This document shows positions 33,738 through 36,409 of a stretch of 36,409 nt of DNA, one piece after another. The position numbers were made by a program, and so were the translations under genes. Under the pieces are notes generated by a model that saw nothing but the letters and a program-made list of their open reading frames with translations, did no database searches and had not been told where the DNA came from. Position 1 is the stretch's first letter; every line of letters begins with the position of its first letter. The DNA comes from a candidate division WOR-3 bacterium (GTDB lineage: Bacteria > Hydrothermota > Tepidihabitantia > B3-TA06): contig WJJO01000314.1 in NCBI GenBank assembly GCA_014729665.1, forward strand, positions 1-36,409, read 5' to 3'.

Positions 33738-34223
33738 TCAGACGGTCAGGTCCTTCTCCTCGGCAACGGCATTGTAGACCTCGGCACCGCACTTTTCACA
33801 TTTCTCGGTATACCATCCGAAACGTGTCCCGCACTTCGTGCAAGTCCAGCGTTCCATCTGCTCTGCAAGCCATTTCTTGCCTCCGATCTCCTTGATGCGT
33901 TCGAGGTTTTTAATTATGACGGAGTGGTGGGGGGCGTCGTCGTTGCGGAAATCTTTAACCATCTCGCAGGGATAGTCTGAGCATTCCGAACAGAACTCCA
34001 GACCCTTTTCCCTCGCACATGCACGCATCTTACATCCTGTGCAGAATACGGCCGTAATCTCGGTCTTGCAGCCAAGGCAGCGCAGGTCCTCAGGTTGGCG
34101 TTTCCACTGCTTTGCTGTAGCCTGGAGCCATTCCTCGTCACCACGCTCATTCGCCATCAGCACAGGACACGCTCCGCAGTAAAGACCGCAGTGGGTGTCG
34201 TATACGTATTCCTTATCGCCCAT
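33738..34223 (-). CDS. DUF3795-like Cys-rich protein with an extra C-terminal zinc ribbon
   Basis: 161 aa. The Cys pattern CGLYCGACP...CLGCK...CTGCKMRACAREKGLEFCSECSDYPC is the DUF3795 pattern, followed by CTKCG...CEKCG. Confidence 0.7.
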   Translation of the reverse strand: MGDKEYVYDTHCGLYCGACPVLMANERGDEEWLQATAKQWKRQPEDLRCLGCKTEITAVFCTGCKMRACAREKGLEFCSECSDYPCEMVKDFRNDDAPHHSVIIKNLERIKEIGGKKWLAEQMERWTCTKCGTRFGWYTEKCEKCGAEVYNAVAEEKDLTV

Positions 34224-34247
34224 CGATTTCTCCTTTGTTGTATATGG

Positions 34248-34275
34248 ATAGTACTCTTTTGTTCACGGAAGTCAA
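34248..34275 (-). promoter_or_regulatory. Sigma70-type promoter, leadered (DUF3795 gene)
   Basis: TTGACT-16 nt-TACTAT. AAGGAG lies 6 nt before ATG 34223. Confidence 0.5.
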
Positions 34276-34342
34276 GTACGATCCTCCGTACTGATGATCG
34301 TTAACGATTGATAATCCGCAGGATATTGTAAGGGTGGTAATC

Positions 34343-34780
34343 CTATGAACGCCGCATCGCGTGGTTGAGGTGCCGTTCCTTTCGCCAGGTAACCCCGCAG
34401 AAAAGCATTAATATCCCGAGGCTCAAAACCGCCGCGGGTACGAAAAGTATAAGTATTACGGGCCATACCTTGAAGAAGAACGCAAGGCTCAGGCCGACCA
34501 GTCCCAGCCATGCAATAAGCTGTAGTATGACCCCGGCCATGCGTCTGCCCGGTTTCAGGAACACCGCACTGGAGGTAATGGATACAGCCGAACAGGGAAC
34601 CAGAACCCAACCCGTAGTATTAAGGGTAGTATTAAGGGTAGAACGTGACAGGAAGAATAGCATTATTATCAAGGCTACCCATATTAATGCATTTACCCCT
34701 AGGTAAAGGTTGTGCCAGTGGTTGAAAAAGGTGAACTTCTGTCTTTTTTTAACTCTTTTCTTTTTCTTCTTCCGGGACAT
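34343..34780 (-). CDS. Membrane protein with a poly-Lys N-terminus
   Basis: 145 aa. MSRKKKKKRVKKRQK is followed by 3-4 hydrophobic segments. The ATG overlaps the lpxB stop (TGATG). Confidence 0.5.
   Translation of the reverse strand: MSRKKKKKRVKKRQKFTFFNHWHNLYLGVNALIWVALIIMLFFLSRSTLNTTLNTTGWVLVPCSAVSITSSAVFLKPGRRMAGVILQLIAWLGLVGLSLAFFFKVWPVILILFVPAAVLSLGILMLFCGVTWRKERHLNHAMRRS
34614..34641. repeat. 12-bp tandem duplication (2.3 copies) inside the membrane-protein gene
   Basis: gtagtattaagg gtagtattaagg gtag. It is in frame and encodes the doubled LNTT-LNTT segment. Confidence 0.8.
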
Positions 34781-35808
34781 CAGCAGATATTAAGTGGAAT
34801 GAGGGGCTTGTCAACCGAGCCTCCAAGCTCTGTCCTTAGACGTCGGGCTAAGGTTTCGGAGAATGGTTGTGCCTCGATTTGTACGAGTGCGGCGTTGACC
34901 AGGACCTCGGCAGATGGATTAAGATACTCGGGAATGACCTTCTCATCGAGGATTACGTTGGGCAGGGCGAAGCGCCTGACCCGGGTCAACAGGCGGACCA
35001 GTGCAACCTCTAACCGCGACATGTTATAGAAGGCAACCTGAGGTGTTCCTAGTAATGCGGTCTCGAGCGTGGCTGTACCCGAGGTTACTACGGCCAGACC
35101 GGACTTCGCAAGCTCTTTGTATCTCTCCAGGCCGCCCACGATACGATCGCCTGCGCCGATGAAGGCCCTGGACTGTCGGGCTTCCTCATCGGTTAAAAAG
35201 AGCCAAGTAAACCTGAATCCGGGTTGGTGTTTTTTCCACCGGATACGTAAACCCCTGAGAAGATCCAGATTGCGGCTCTTCTCCGAAGCCCTGCTTCCCG
35301 GAAGAAGGGCTATAGTCCCGGGTATTCTCTCGAGATTGAAATAGGGCTTGAGATAATCGGCAAGGGGGTTTCTGTGAAAATGAGCGAGAAGTCCCAGGGA
35401 TCTCAGGAACCTAGCCTCTCGCGGGTAAAGACAGTAAAGGGTATCGTATCCCCTGCGGATCAGTGTCGCCCGCCAGCGCCCCCATGCCCAAAGCTGGGGT
35501 GGGGCAAAGAATATTCGCCTCATCCCGCGTAAGTCCCTCAACCGAAGCCCCAGGATTGTATTAGGTTCGGACCAGGCGACGGCAAGGAAAACATCGGGCC
35601 TGAGTTTGCGGACTGTGCGTTCTATCCGCCGCATCCTTTCAAGGACACCTCTCGACTCAAGTGCGCCGGCACCGAAACCCACAGGGGCGGAGTCTGCATC
35701 CGGGGGGGCATAAATCGTTATCCCGGGATAGTGCCTTGCGAGATTATCCGCTATCAGCCGGGCATAGAGTAAGCCCGACCTCTCGGCGGTCGATATAAAG
35801 ACATGCAT
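34780..35808 (-). CDS. lpxB: Lipid-A-disaccharide synthase
   Basis: 342 aa, collinear with LpxB: RPDVF, PPQLWAWGRWR, ALLPGSRASE, SGTATLETALLGTPQVAFY, LPNVILDEKVIPEYL. Confidence 0.8.
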   Translation of the reverse strand: MHVFISTAERSGLLYARLIADNLARHYPGITIYAPPDADSAPVGFGAGALESRGVLERMRRIERTVRKLRPDVFLAVAWSEPNTILGLRLRDLRGMRRIFFAPPQLWAWGRWRATLIRRGYDTLYCLYPREARFLRSLGLLAHFHRNPLADYLKPYFNLERIPGTIALLPGSRASEKSRNLDLLRGLRIRWKKHQPGFRFTWLFLTDEEARQSRAFIGAGDRIVGGLERYKELAKSGLAVVTSGTATLETALLGTPQVAFYNMSRLEVALVRLLTRVRRFALPNVILDEKVIPEYLNPSAEVLVNAALVQIEAQPFSETLARRLRTELGGSVDKPLIPLNIC

Positions 35809-35825
35809 CCGGTTTTTACAATTGC

Positions 35826-36407
35826 CTAGATAGGCTCGAAGGTGGCCAGGATGACCTCAAGCTGGTTCAGCCAGAATATCTTCTTGCGCGGGGTATCCGG
35901 ATAGAAAAGCATGGCGTCCACCATCCAGAATCGTCCTTCCTCGTTGAAGGCAAAGGAAATCATCGGCCCTCCGCCGGTTATTACACGTCCGTCCGCAACC
36001 AGGCTGTCGTTCTGCCACACCCCTTCTAACTTCACGGCCTGGTTGCCCCTGAAGAAGTAAGGTCCGGCCGTAGTCAGGGGCCGGTAAAGGGTATCCCCCT
36101 CGTAGAACTCGTGAGCAAGACTGTCCCTGAGATCAAGCATCGCATCGCGGGTTATACCTTCGCGTTCTTCGTCCTCCCAGTAGACGAAAATCAACCGGTT
36201 CGGGGAAAAGGCATGAATCCAAATGAAGTTGTCCTCTGCGTAGCGTTCGTCAAGATACCACTTCTCGGGCACCCGAAGCTTGAACCCGTACTTCTCTATC
36301 TCCTTAGTAAGCTTCTTATCCTCCCCCCTTCCGTAGGTAACCCCGTCCATTCGTTCCAGAAGCCTTCTCTTGAACCCGGAGCGAAGCCGTGAGCGAACCG
36401 CACTCAA
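35826..36407 (-). CDS. Hypothetical protein, C-terminal part (the gene start lies beyond the right edge)
   Basis: The ORF is open to the window end and has a coding-like composition. I have a vague recollection of DUF4837-type lipoproteins (GGPMISFAF...FYPDTPRKKIFWLNQLEVIL), but this is not verified. Confidence 0.45.
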   Translation of the reverse strand: MSAVRSRLRSGFKRRLLERMDGVTYGRGEDKKLTKEIEKYGFKLRVPEKWYLDERYAEDNFIWIHAFSPNRLIFVYWEDEEREGITRDAMLDLRDSLAHEFYEGDTLYRPLTTAGPYFFRGNQAVKLEGVWQNDSLVADGRVITGGGPMISFAFNEEGRFWMVDAMLFYPDTPRKKIFWLNQLEVILATFEPI

Positions 36408-36409
36408 CC

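Noticed and set aside
1-36409. A search for mobile elements, CRISPR arrays, and tRNA, rRNA or tmRNA genes.
   Set aside because: I recognised no transposase, integrase or recombinase motif in any ORF. The intergenic regions are short and show no tRNA-like conserved arms and no repeat-spacer structure. Reading by eye cannot exclude small ncRNAs.

Overview
This is 36.4 kb of gene-dense chromosomal DNA from an unidentified diderm bacterium. It is probably an anaerobe: it carries lptD-like and lpxB genes, Wza/Wzz-type export genes, TonB-receptor-like barrels, a desulforedoxin and a DUF3795 protein. G+C is about 50% by eye. I found no rRNA, tRNA, CRISPR array, transposase or integrase. I call 33 CDS, two of them absent from the supplied track: an edge-truncated Wzz-like gene and a 39-aa desulforedoxin. 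A further 26-aa ORF with a strong SD is only a low-confidence call. Core content is a gyrA operon (gyrA, a free-standing GyrA C-terminal-domain paralogue, dCMP deaminase, rsmD, coaD), pdp, an ICL/PEPM-lyase plus LeuCD-type dehydratase operon, Fur/PerR plus desulforedoxin, a transglutaminase-like lipoprotein plus LptD, and lpxB. Accessory-looking items are a 1225-aa exported TPR-CHAT protease-like protein, a visibly AT-rich single-gene islet encoding a KAP-family P-loop NTPase, a 16 x 24-residue LRR protein, a patatin-like phospholipase, and two tandem CarboxypepD_reg/TonB-receptor-like paralogues. The most striking sequence-level pattern is 18 near-consensus sigma70-type promoters. Nine of them put the -10 hexamer only 5-9 nt from an ATG with no Shine-Dalgarno, which predicts leaderless mRNAs; eight of the others have a long leader carrying GGAGG or a close variant. 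Every functional call rests on motif recognition by eye, and no database search was run.
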